A stretch of 64,000 nucleotides of DNA from Ignavibacteriota bacterium. GTDB taxonomy: Bacteria > Bacteroidota > Ignavibacteria > UBA10030 > UBA6906. The stretch is taken from positions 1,280,001 to 1,344,000 of the forward strand of contig CAWDEM010000008.1 of the NCBI GenBank assembly GCA_963801355.1, read 5' to 3'. This document shows, in pieces, positions 56,198 through 64,000 of the stretch; within the stretch, counting starts at the first letter, position 1; each line of letters begins with the position of its first letter. The translations under genes and the position numbers were made by a program. The notes beneath the pieces were generated by a model, which worked only from the letters and a program-made list of their open reading frames with translations, had not been told where the DNA came from and ran no database searches.

Positions 56198-57819
56198 CGG
56201 ACGATTTGATAACGGACGAGGAGTTTCCTGACAAACCAGATAATCAACGCCGCAAGGACAAGCACGAGGAATGCCGCGCCGCCAAGTGCGGCCTTCGCGA
56301 TCTTTGGGAACCCCCAATTCACGCTGAAATCCATGGGGATATATGAGTTCTTCGATACATCCGGCTTGCCGGTGTCGTAAAAGCTCGTAAGAATGAGCCG
56401 CATGTTTTCAATGTTTGCGTACCACATGTCGCCAACATGCCCGCACTCCGAGAAGATGATCTGCTCTCCGTTGGACAGATACGGGAGCAGATCATTCGTC
56501 GCATAGGCAGGTGGAGTGGAAAAATCCACGCTCCCGCTCAGGAGCAGGGTCTGTACCCCGGAAGGACGGAGCTCACGGTACTCCCGCGGCAGCTGGCGCG
56601 TCGGCCAGCGGCCATACTTCGACGGCCCCCAAAGCATTATGCTCATGGGTGAGCCCAGCGGCTGGTTGCCCGCCTCCATGTCTCGACGGTAGTCGCGAGA
56701 AGAATCAAAGTCCGCGCTTATTGCTTTCGAGGCTGACTCACCCCAGGTGCTCATGGTGGGAACAAGATAGTCGTAGACGATGGACAAGAGTGCGAGGCCG
56801 CTGGCATCACCCTGACTGGCGGCGACATACGCGTCGAATATCTTCGCAGCGGTATTCCGGTGAAAGAGAAGTCCAAATGTGCCCACCTTCACCTTCGAGG
56901 GGTTGATGGAGAAGCACAGCCATGAATGCGGCATGTTCCGTAACACGGTGCTCACGGTTGCATAGAGATCCGGGCTCCGCAATGACATGGCGGTGTCTTT
57001 CGCCCAGAGGGCCGCATACTGCCTTAGCTGCGTGTCAATCATCCCGGGTTCCCAGACAAATCGCCCGGGAGGATTCACGGCAATCATTGCCGACCGGTAT
57101 ATGCTTTCCGGATGTCGCAGACCGTACAGGTACGCTACGCGTGTGCCGTAGCTCTCGCTCAGCAGGTCGATGCACGCATAGCCCAGAGCTTTGCGAACCG
57201 ATTCGTTGTCTTCGATCGTTTCGAGCATCGTGTACCCGTCCAGATCCACGCCCTCACTCATCATGCGTTGTGCCCCTGCACCAAATGCGCGCGCGATCTT
57301 TTCCATCGACTCTTCACCGAGCACGTCACCGTCCTCTTTGAGAGCTTCCGTCATCTCCGGGCAATCGAGTTTTACCGATCCGTCCACACCCCTGTATCCG
57401 ACGAGCACAACGTCGTGCCCGGGGAGGAAGGTCCATGCCTTTCCCCAATCCCACGACATGTTACTCGCGCCGGGTCCGCCGGCTAAGGCGAATACCGGCT
57501 CGGCCGGGTGCTGCGAGCGGGAATGGATTCGCAGGAAGGGTATGTGGATCAACCGGGACGTTGACTTGTCTCTATTCTCCGGGACCGTGACTGTCCCGTA
57601 ATCGGCATCGTATTTCTCAGATCCGATCTCAAAGGGCCCGGACTGAGTGACGATGCTTCCCGCCTTTGCGTCAACAGGTGGGAGAGGATAGTGATTCCCG
57701 CCTTTTCCGCATCCTGATTCCAACAGCAGCATGGGGATGAGGAGCAAGGCGGTGATCCGTGTTGTTTTCAAGTGAAGGAGTCCTGAGCTTCTCTGAGGTG
57801 AATTGTCATAGTGCCACAT
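56167..57819 (-). CDS. Alpha/beta hydrolase (TAP-like peptidase/esterase) with C-terminal membrane anchor
   Basis: LAGGPG, YRGVDGS, SESYGT nucleophile elbow, SVDFSTP, CGHV; hydrophobic C-terminal helix; start uncertain. Confidence 0.8.
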   Translation of the reverse strand: MWHYDNSPQRSSGLLHLKTTRITALLLIPMLLLESGCGKGGNHYPLPPVDAKAGSIVTQSGPFEIGSEKYDADYGTVTVPENRDKSTSRLIHIPFLRIHSRSQHPAEPVFALAGGPGASNMSWDWGKAWTFLPGHDVVLVGYRGVDGSVKLDCPEMTEALKEDGDVLGEESMEKIARAFGAGAQRMMSEGVDLDGYTMLETIEDNESVRKALGYACIDLLSESYGTRVAYLYGLRHPESIYRSAMIAVNPPGRFVWEPGMIDTQLRQYAALWAKDTAMSLRSPDLYATVSTVLRNMPHSWLCFSINPSKVKVGTFGLLFHRNTAAKIFDAYVAASQGDASGLALLSIVYDYLVPTMSTWGESASKAISADFDSSRDYRRDMEAGNQPLGSPMSIMLWGPSKYGRWPTRQLPREYRELRPSGVQTLLLSGSVDFSTPPAYATNDLLPYLSNGEQIIFSECGHVGDMWYANIENMRLILTSFYDTGKPDVSKNSYIPMDFSVNWGFPKIAKAALGGAAFLVLVLAALIIWFVRKLLVRYQIVRYQIPPGLSK

Positions 57820-57866
57820 GTATGTTGCCCGTTGCAGTGCGGTTTTCCAGTTGCAGTTGAGTGCTC

Positions 57867-58697
57867 CTACTCCACCGACTTATCCGGCGGCAATCCGGTT
57901 TTCTTGTAGAGATCCTTTCTCGCACCTTTATCCTTTACCAGGATTTCCCTTGCGTATCCGGCTACGATGGCGGCCTTTGCCCGCGGGACCACTATGACAC
58001 CGTCCCCGTCTGCAACAACGACATCGCCGGGACAGACGAGCACACCGCCGATGACAACGGGGCGATTGACCGATTCAGTTTCGTTCCTTCCGGGCCGTAT
58101 CCCCCTCCCCTTCTTCCGCAGATACAGCGGGACTTTCTCCACCTCGATTTCATCGGTGTCTCTTGAACTGGCATCCGTCACAACACCGACAGCGCCAAGG
58201 CTCTTCCAGTACAGGATGTTGTACGACCCGATCGTTCCGATGTCTTTATCTTCAACATCGTCGATCACGACTGCCGATCCCTGTCGTATTACGCCCGCAA
58301 AGCCCTCGTGCGAGTAGGCATTGTAGAAGTTGCCCTCCCACTCCTGGAACTTCTGCCCCGGTTCCGGTCTGTCGGGTTTCTGCGTCGGGACGTACCGGAC
58401 CGTGACCGCGATGCCTCTGAACTGATGAGAGAAAGTCTTGTTGTCAACCCAATCCGGATGAATGGCCGGATCCACCAGCCCTGTTCCCGGCAGACCTGCC
58501 ATGTCCATGCCGTCAGACACGTCAGCGACACGGAGGCCTTCATACAATTTCAATATCCTGGCATTGTCGTCGTCCGCATAAACCTTTGTTTCGATATAGT
58601 TAACTCCCCTCTCCAGCTCCTTTGCCGTTTTTTCCTGCGACTGTGCAATGGCGAGGAAGCCGAGGATGCAACATGCCAGCATTCTTGAAATGTGCAT
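57867..58697 (-). CDS. RraA/HMG-aldolase-like protein with signal peptide
   Basis: RVADVSDGMD, GAVGVVTD..SRD.DE, VCPGDVVVADGDGVIVVP motifs. Confidence 0.82.
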   Translation of the reverse strand: MHISRMLACCILGFLAIAQSQEKTAKELERGVNYIETKVYADDDNARILKLYEGLRVADVSDGMDMAGLPGTGLVDPAIHPDWVDNKTFSHQFRGIAVTVRYVPTQKPDRPEPGQKFQEWEGNFYNAYSHEGFAGVIRQGSAVVIDDVEDKDIGTIGSYNILYWKSLGAVGVVTDASSRDTDEIEVEKVPLYLRKKGRGIRPGRNETESVNRPVVIGGVLVCPGDVVVADGDGVIVVPRAKAAIVAGYAREILVKDKGARKDLYKKTGLPPDKSVE

Positions 58698-58831
58698 GGG
58701 TGAACGCTCCTTTCACAGACTTACTGTGCGGTGGAGACCAGGAAATCGAATGGCATGCATGATGCCTCGTGGGAGAATGACGCTGCAAAATAGATGATGC
58801 GTTGTACAGTGTCAAGTGCCCGGCCGGGCGG

Positions 58832-58901
58832 GGTCAGACCCGGACCAATTGTCAATAGTCGATGGACCATTGACAATCATCAATCGGTCGCGGTCAGACC
58901 C
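58832..58901. repeat. Heptamer-periodic hairpin flanked by GGTCAGACCC direct repeats
   Basis: GGTCAGACCC at 58832 and 58892; between them ATTGTCA/ATAGTCG/ATGGACC/ATTGACA/ATCATCA/ATCGGTC; ATTGTCAAT...ATTGACAAT is an inverted repeat. Confidence 0.65.
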
Positions 58902-59027
58902 CTGGATTCCCTTTTTTTTGCGGTTCTTATTGATTGTAGACTAATAGCAGACTATCTTTTCAGGTTGAAGGCCGGAGTGTGCACCCCCACCCGCCTTCGA
59001 GGATCCAACCTGGAAAGGCACGCGAAA

Positions 59028-60092
59028 ATGAAGAGACGCAACTTCCTGGCAGCGTTGCCGGCGGCCGGCCTTACCGCCGGAGGTTCCGCTTCCCTCCTGT
59101 CCGGCTGCACGGGCACCCACAAAGAGGGCCTCACATTCAAGGACCTAGCCCTGGTCGACAAGGTCAAGATGGCCATGCTCACCATGCAGCGTGCCACCTG
59201 GGAACAGGGCGTCGCAATGCAGGCTCTGCTGGAACTCGGAGAGACCGATCTTGTGATTCTGATGGCCAAGGACGCCGTGCTCCGCCAATCCAAGGATGGA
59301 CGGCTGGCAATGCTGGGCGAGGAGTTTGCGCTCAGCGACGCCGCCTCTCCGGGTGAAGCCGTGTTCTGGGCTGCAAAACAGACGGGCGACCCGTTTCTGG
59401 AAAGAGGCTACGAAAAGCTCCTCGACTACGTTTTGCATAAAGCTCCCCGCACCAAAGAAGGCATCATCTACCATTTCACTAACCTGCCGCAGATATGGAG
59501 CGACATCATCTACATGCTCCCACCATTCCTTGCGGCGGCGGGCCAGTATGAGGAAGCCATCAAACAAATCGACGGGGCGCGAGATTGCCTCTGGAACCCG
59601 GACAAGAAACTCCTGTCGCACATGTGGGACTGTGAGAAGAAGGTCTTTGTGCGAAAGGATTGCTGGGGCGTCGGCAACGGGTGGTCGGCTGCAGGAATGA
59701 CACGGGTCATCAGGGCACTCCCCGGCTCCATGAACGCTGAACGGACGAAACTCACGGGATATGTCAGGGAAATCATCGATGGATGTCTCGCACACATGCG
59801 CGACGACGGACTGTACCACAACATCGTCGATGATCCCCAGTCGTTTATTGAAACCAACCTTGCGCAGATGCTCGCCTATTCAATCTACCGTGGAATCAGT
59901 GGTGGATGGCTTGAAGAGCGCTACAAAATTCAAGCCGACAAAATGCGCGGGGCGGCTCAGAAGAAGGTGGACGATCTCGGCCTGGTCCAGGGAGTGTGTG
60001 GCTCTCCGGAATTCGATCACCCGGGAACCGCCACCGAAGGACAGGGTTTTTTCATTCTGATGGAGGTCGCGCACCGGGAGTTAGCCGCGTAG
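59028..60092 (+). CDS. GH88/GH105-like glycoside hydrolase with Tat lipoprotein signal
   Basis: MKRRNFL...LLSGC; WEQGV, IWSDIIYMLPPFL, WGVGNGW, TEGQ motifs. Confidence 0.8.
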   Translation: MKRRNFLAALPAAGLTAGGSASLLSGCTGTHKEGLTFKDLALVDKVKMAMLTMQRATWEQGVAMQALLELGETDLVILMAKDAVLRQSKDGRLAMLGEEFALSDAASPGEAVFWAAKQTGDPFLERGYEKLLDYVLHKAPRTKEGIIYHFTNLPQIWSDIIYMLPPFLAAAGQYEEAIKQIDGARDCLWNPDKKLLSHMWDCEKKVFVRKDCWGVGNGWSAAGMTRVIRALPGSMNAERTKLTGYVREIIDGCLAHMRDDGLYHNIVDDPQSFIETNLAQMLAYSIYRGISGGWLEERYKIQADKMRGAAQKKVDDLGLVQGVCGSPEFDHPGTATEGQGFFILMEVAHRELAA

Positions 60093-60165
60093 CTGCCCGA
60101 CACTCTTTCAGTCCCGTCTTCACCCGGACGGTGGTCTCCCGTTCTTCCCTTACGCAGGTTCTCTC

Positions 60166-61404
60166 ATGACACTTCCAGACGTTCTCCGAGCTTCCAGGGT
60201 GAGCACCGCCATGCTGGTGGTCTTTCTGGCCGGTGCTGCATCCACATCCGCCCAGTTTCTCGATAACTTCGACGGCAAGCTGCCGCTCGACCCACGCGGT
60301 GTTCAGGGTTGGACCTTCTTTACGGGGGACGGGTCCGCGGTTATGAATTTGCAAAACTCCGGGAAGGGTCATGCAACAATTTCGGTGGATGCTTCAAAAG
60401 ACATACGGAATATCTGGTGGGCGTTGATACGCCGGTGTGTTTCTACGAACATGAATCTCCACCTTCTCGCCACCCCGGCATACGCCCTGCGCATCGAGTC
60501 ACGGGTCAGGGTAAGCCACGCGCCGCGAAGGGTAAATCTCCATCTCAACACGCAGCGAACGACGGACTTCCACACGCACCTCATGGAATTCGATATCCCG
60601 GATACGGTGCGATGGCACACGATAAGCATGACCACGCGGGGTTTTGATGCGACGCCCGGCGATACCATTTACGGTCAGCTTGCGCTCATGGACTGGGGCC
60701 TGGAGAAGTATCACGTCGATCTCGACTATTTCAGAGTGGATATCGTGAAGGCGGATTCAGCCGGACCTGATAAGGGCACACTCGTGCCGTACCACCCGCA
60801 GGTCCCTGACCCGATATCGTTTCCGCTCCATGTTCCCGCGACTCAGGATTGCATCGTCGACACCCAATATCCCCTCATGAATTTCAACGATTGGAGTGCC
60901 CGGGATGGATCCGGGAGAAGCACACTTCTGGCCGTGAGCGGGACACAATGCACTATCTTGCGATGGGATCTGGACGTGTTTGCTGGAATGCGCGCCGATG
61001 GACCCGCTTTGCTGGAGCTGACCGCGTATTCCACGGAGCGGTCGTTGGTGCATGCCAGGGACTTCGGCATGCTCAGGGTTGCGGAAATACTGGGAGGAGA
61101 CCCCGCATGGGATCAGAAGGATGTCACGTACGCCTCATTGTGTCAGGGGAAAAACCCGAATGAGGTTTTCAATTCCCAGATGATCATCGATGTCGGCGTT
61201 CCTGAGGGACAGGGTTCATCCATGCTTGCGACGATTGCACAGCCTGTGGTGCAACGTCTGCTGGATGGAAGGACGCTTGGCCTGGCAATACAGCCTCTGG
61301 GTGCTGTGTTCGCATCGTTCTATGCCCTCGAGAGTGCCGGCACGCACCGCAGCCCGACGCTGCATGTTCGTCTGGCACCCCGCTCCCCCGGGCCGCCGCA
61401 TTGA
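60166..61404 (+). CDS. Hypothetical exported protein
   Basis: 412-aa ORF with signal peptide (ASTSA-QF), co-oriented with neighbours; no family recognised. Confidence 0.75.
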   Translation: MTLPDVLRASRVSTAMLVVFLAGAASTSAQFLDNFDGKLPLDPRGVQGWTFFTGDGSAVMNLQNSGKGHATISVDASKDIRNIWWALIRRCVSTNMNLHLLATPAYALRIESRVRVSHAPRRVNLHLNTQRTTDFHTHLMEFDIPDTVRWHTISMTTRGFDATPGDTIYGQLALMDWGLEKYHVDLDYFRVDIVKADSAGPDKGTLVPYHPQVPDPISFPLHVPATQDCIVDTQYPLMNFNDWSARDGSGRSTLLAVSGTQCTILRWDLDVFAGMRADGPALLELTAYSTERSLVHARDFGMLRVAEILGGDPAWDQKDVTYASLCQGKNPNEVFNSQMIIDVGVPEGQGSSMLATIAQPVVQRLLDGRTLGLAIQPLGAVFASFYALESAGTHRSPTLHVRLAPRSPGPPH

Positions 61405-61538
61405 ACACGGCGACAATCAACCAATTGAACACGGCAAGAGCCGACCCGATGAACACGGCAAGAGCCAACCCGATGATCACGGTAAGAGCCAACCCGATGA
61501 TCACGGTAAGAGCCAACCCGACGGCCACAGTGAGAGCC
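61402..61538. repeat. 24-bp tandem repeat, five copies plus a degenerate sixth
   Basis: TGA(A/T)CACGG(C/T)AAGAGCC(A/G)ACCCGA-like units at 61402, 61426, 61450, 61474, 61498 and 61522. Confidence 0.9.
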
Positions 61539-61602
61539 GCCTGAGGTGTTCCAGCATATCGAAAGCAAACAACAGTAGTCTACCGCGCACAAGGAGAAAA
61601 TC

Positions 61603-63021
61603 ATGAACGAAGTCTCACAAAAACTGCCGATGAGGGAGAAACTCTCGTACGGCTTCGGTGATCTCGCTTCTGTCCTGTACTGGCAGACGTTCATGCTTTA
61701 CTTCACCTTTTTCTACACGGATGTATTCCTCATTCCTGCCGCTGTTGCCGCCACGATGTTTCTGATAAGCCGCATATGGGACGGCGTCAACGATCCGATC
61801 ATGGGCATGGTTGCCGACCGCACGAAGACCCGCTGGGGGAAATTTCGTCCCTATCTCCTCTGGCTCTGTGTCCCCTTTGCAGTTGTTGGCGTGCTGACCT
61901 TCACCGTCCCCGACCTCGGGGAAACGGGAAAACTCATCTGGGCATACGTTACCTTCAATCTTATGATGATGCTGTATACCGGCATCAACATTCCCTATAC
62001 ATCACTCCTGGGTGTGATATCTGCGGATTCCAAGGAACGCACAACAGTCTCCTCCGTGAAATTCCTCTTCGCTTTCTCAGCGGGCATCATTGTCTCTGCC
62101 ACACTGCTGCCCATGGTGAAGTACTTCGGCGGAGGCAATGACGCCAAGGGCTGGCAGATGTCGTTTGTCATCTATGGGATCGCCGCCGTGATTTTCTTCC
62201 TGATCGCCTTCAGGGGGACCCATGAACGGGTGCAGCCGCCGCCCGGCCAGAAGTCATCCGTGAAACAGGACCTTTTCGAACTGCTGACGAACACGCCGTG
62301 GCTGATCCTGCTTGCCGTCACTATCACGTTCATCCTGTTCGTGGCTGTGCGCAGCAGCGTGACGGTTCACTATTTCAAGTATTTCATCGGAGTGCAAACG
62401 CTCACGTTGCCCTTCCTCGGAACAGGAACATATGATTTCAACGCGTTGACATCTGCCTTCAACACCGTCGGCCAGATATCGGCGTTTCTCGGCGTCTTCG
62501 TAGTGAATTGGTTCGCCAAAGTCGTGGGGAAGAAAACAGCATTCGTCATCTTCTTCATTATTGCCATTCTGAGCACTGCAAGTTACTATCTTCTGACCCC
62601 CGACCAGATGGGCCTGATTTTCCTCTTCCAGATCACCGGTTCGATGAGCGGCGGACCCCTGAGCGTTTTGGTCTGGGCCATGTATGCGGACACTGCCGAC
62701 TACGGAGAGTGGAAGCGGGGCCGTCGGACTACAGGCCTCGTTTTCTCGGCGTCGACAATGTCACAAAAGATGGGATGGGCGTTTGGCGCCTTTGTCGCAC
62801 TGACGCTCATGTCACAGGTCGGGTTTGAGCCGAACCAGGCACAGTCGCCGGAAAGTCTGAAGGGCTTGTTGCTGCTCTTTAGTCTTATTCCGGCAATCTT
62901 CGGGGTTGTTGCTATTGCCCTTCTGGGTTTCTACCCCCTGAACGAGAAACGCGTGGCACGGATCGGAGACGAACTCGCTTTGCGGAGAGCAAAGAGTGAG
63001 CAGGCGCCGGGCAAACTATAG
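61603..63021 (+). CDS. GPH-family (MelB-like) MFS sugar transporter
   Basis: EKLSYGFGD, WDGVNDPIMG, TRWGKFRPY, NIPYTSL, MYADTADYGEWK motifs; AGGAG RBS. Confidence 0.93.
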   Translation: MNEVSQKLPMREKLSYGFGDLASVLYWQTFMLYFTFFYTDVFLIPAAVAATMFLISRIWDGVNDPIMGMVADRTKTRWGKFRPYLLWLCVPFAVVGVLTFTVPDLGETGKLIWAYVTFNLMMMLYTGINIPYTSLLGVISADSKERTTVSSVKFLFAFSAGIIVSATLLPMVKYFGGGNDAKGWQMSFVIYGIAAVIFFLIAFRGTHERVQPPPGQKSSVKQDLFELLTNTPWLILLAVTITFILFVAVRSSVTVHYFKYFIGVQTLTLPFLGTGTYDFNALTSAFNTVGQISAFLGVFVVNWFAKVVGKKTAFVIFFIIAILSTASYYLLTPDQMGLIFLFQITGSMSGGPLSVLVWAMYADTADYGEWKRGRRTTGLVFSASTMSQKMGWAFGAFVALTLMSQVGFEPNQAQSPESLKGLLLLFSLIPAIFGVVAIALLGFYPLNEKRVARIGDELALRRAKSEQAPGKL

Positions 63022-63065
63022 GAACGGATACATAGTGATCAAACGTATCTCACAGGAACAACACG

Positions 63066-64000
63066 ATGAAGAAGACGATAATCGGCAGTGCGCTCTCGAA
63101 TATCCCGTGGCAGGCGAAGCCGAAGGGGTGTTCCGACGTGGTGTGGCGATACAGCAAGAATCCCGTGATCGGGAAAAGGGCTATTAAGGACTCGAGCAGG
63201 ATCTTCAACAGTGCTATCATTCCATATAAGAATGGATTTGTGGGAGTCTTCAGAGCCGACCACCGCAATGGCTATCCCAATCTGCATCTGGGAAGAAGTA
63301 AAGACGGCATCAAGTGGGACATCGACAACGACATCATCACCTTTCTCCAGGAGGACGGGGCTCCGGCAGTGCCGATTCTGTATGGCTATGATCCCCGCCT
63401 CGTCGAGCTGGAAGGGGAATACTACATCACCTGGTGCAACCATTTTCACGGACCGACGATTGGCATTGCAAAGACGAAAGACTTCAAAACCTTCATCCAG
63501 CTTGAGAACGCCTTCCTCCCTTTCAACAGGAACGGCGTTCTGTTCCCAAGGAAAATCAACGGCAATTACGTGATGTTGAATCGTCCAAGCGACAACGGCC
63601 ATACGCCGTTCGGCGACATCTATCTCAGTCAGAGTCCGGACATGACGTTCTGGGGAAAGCATCGACTTGTCATGCCCACGACGCACTATTGGTGGAAGAA
63701 CGTGAAGCTCGGCGCAGGCCCCATCCCCATCGAAACCACCGAGGGGTGGCTCTTGATCTACCACGGAGTCTGCGCAACGTGCAGCGGATTCATCTACAGC
63801 ACCGGCGCGGCATTATTGGATATCGATGACCCGTCCAGGGTGATTGTGGATTGTGAGAACTACATCCTGACTCCGGAAGAGCCGTACGAGACCACGGGAT
63901 TTGTAGCCAACGTGACATTCCCGTGTGCGACCCTGCAGGATGCTGCGACCGGAAGGCTGGCCATATTCTACGGCGCGGCGGACACCTACTGTGCGCTGGC
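63066..64000 (+). CDS. GH130 beta-1,4-mannooligosaccharide phosphorylase-like (partial, runs off window end)
   Basis: Manual translation: MKKTIIG...VWRYSKNPVI...RIFNSA...YDPR...TWCN...PFNRNGVLFPRKING...RPSDNGHTPFGDI. Confidence 0.9.
   Translation, partial: MKKTIIGSALSNIPWQAKPKGCSDVVWRYSKNPVIGKRAIKDSSRIFNSAIIPYKNGFVGVFRADHRNGYPNLHLGRSKDGIKWDIDNDIITFLQEDGAPAVPILYGYDPRLVELEGEYYITWCNHFHGPTIGIAKTKDFKTFIQLENAFLPFNRNGVLFPRKINGNYVMLNRPSDNGHTPFGDIYLSQSPDMTFWGKHRLVMPTTHYWWKNVKLGAGPIPIETTEGWLLIYHGVCATCSGFIYSTGAALLDIDDPSRVIVDCENYILTPEEPYETTGFVANVTFPCATLQDAATGRLAIFYGAADTYCAL

Noticed and set aside
57800-57817. TGGCAC on the minus strand as a sigma-54 promoter (also near 7281-7295 and 42228-42243)
   Set aside because: No GC at the -12 position with the required 10-nt spacing.
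61402-61538. Possible CRISPR array or separate repeat-protein gene (ORFs 61190-61606 and 61184-61528)
   Set aside because: No spacers; the ORFs overlap the upstream gene, lack a clear RBS and are open mainly because the unit length is a multiple of three.

Overview
GC-rich bacterial DNA, most consistent with an FCB-group organism of Ignavibacteria type (inference: five proteins end in 'NYPNPFN...YRL...MLLR' T9SS/Por-type sorting domains, there is a SusC-like TonB receptor, and Shine-Dalgarno sites are clear). Three blocks. (1) 1-19.7 kb: a partial HisC-like aminotransferase, three consecutive RND efflux operons (multidrug type, CzcCBA-like, CusCBA-like) and a frameshifted Cys-rich accessory gene. 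(2) 19.8-28.3 kb: secreted proteins (YWTD propeller, exported tail-collar/MdpB-like protein, BNR-repeat protein, gluconolactonase) and a Ddl-like ligase. (3) 28.4-64 kb: a large beta-mannan/glucomannan/cellodextrin utilisation locus (GH9, three GH5, GH27, GH94, two GH130, cellobiose 2-epimerase, O-acetylesterase, SSS and GPH transporters). The main candidate for an undescribed system is in block 3. The TonB receptor has no SusD and is followed by a large T9SS-type protein. Regulation appears to use an orphan solute-binding protein, an atypical histidine kinase and a sigma-54 activator. Three intergenic regions each contain a -24/-12 promoter plus the same tandem palindrome (TTATYA-N3-TRATAA, 19-bp offset). 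Degenerate 7-nt repeats sit in the same region of four sorting domains, and several tandem duplications lie near gene ends. No rRNA, tRNA, CRISPR array or transposase was recognised. All product calls are by motif recognition by eye, with no database search.
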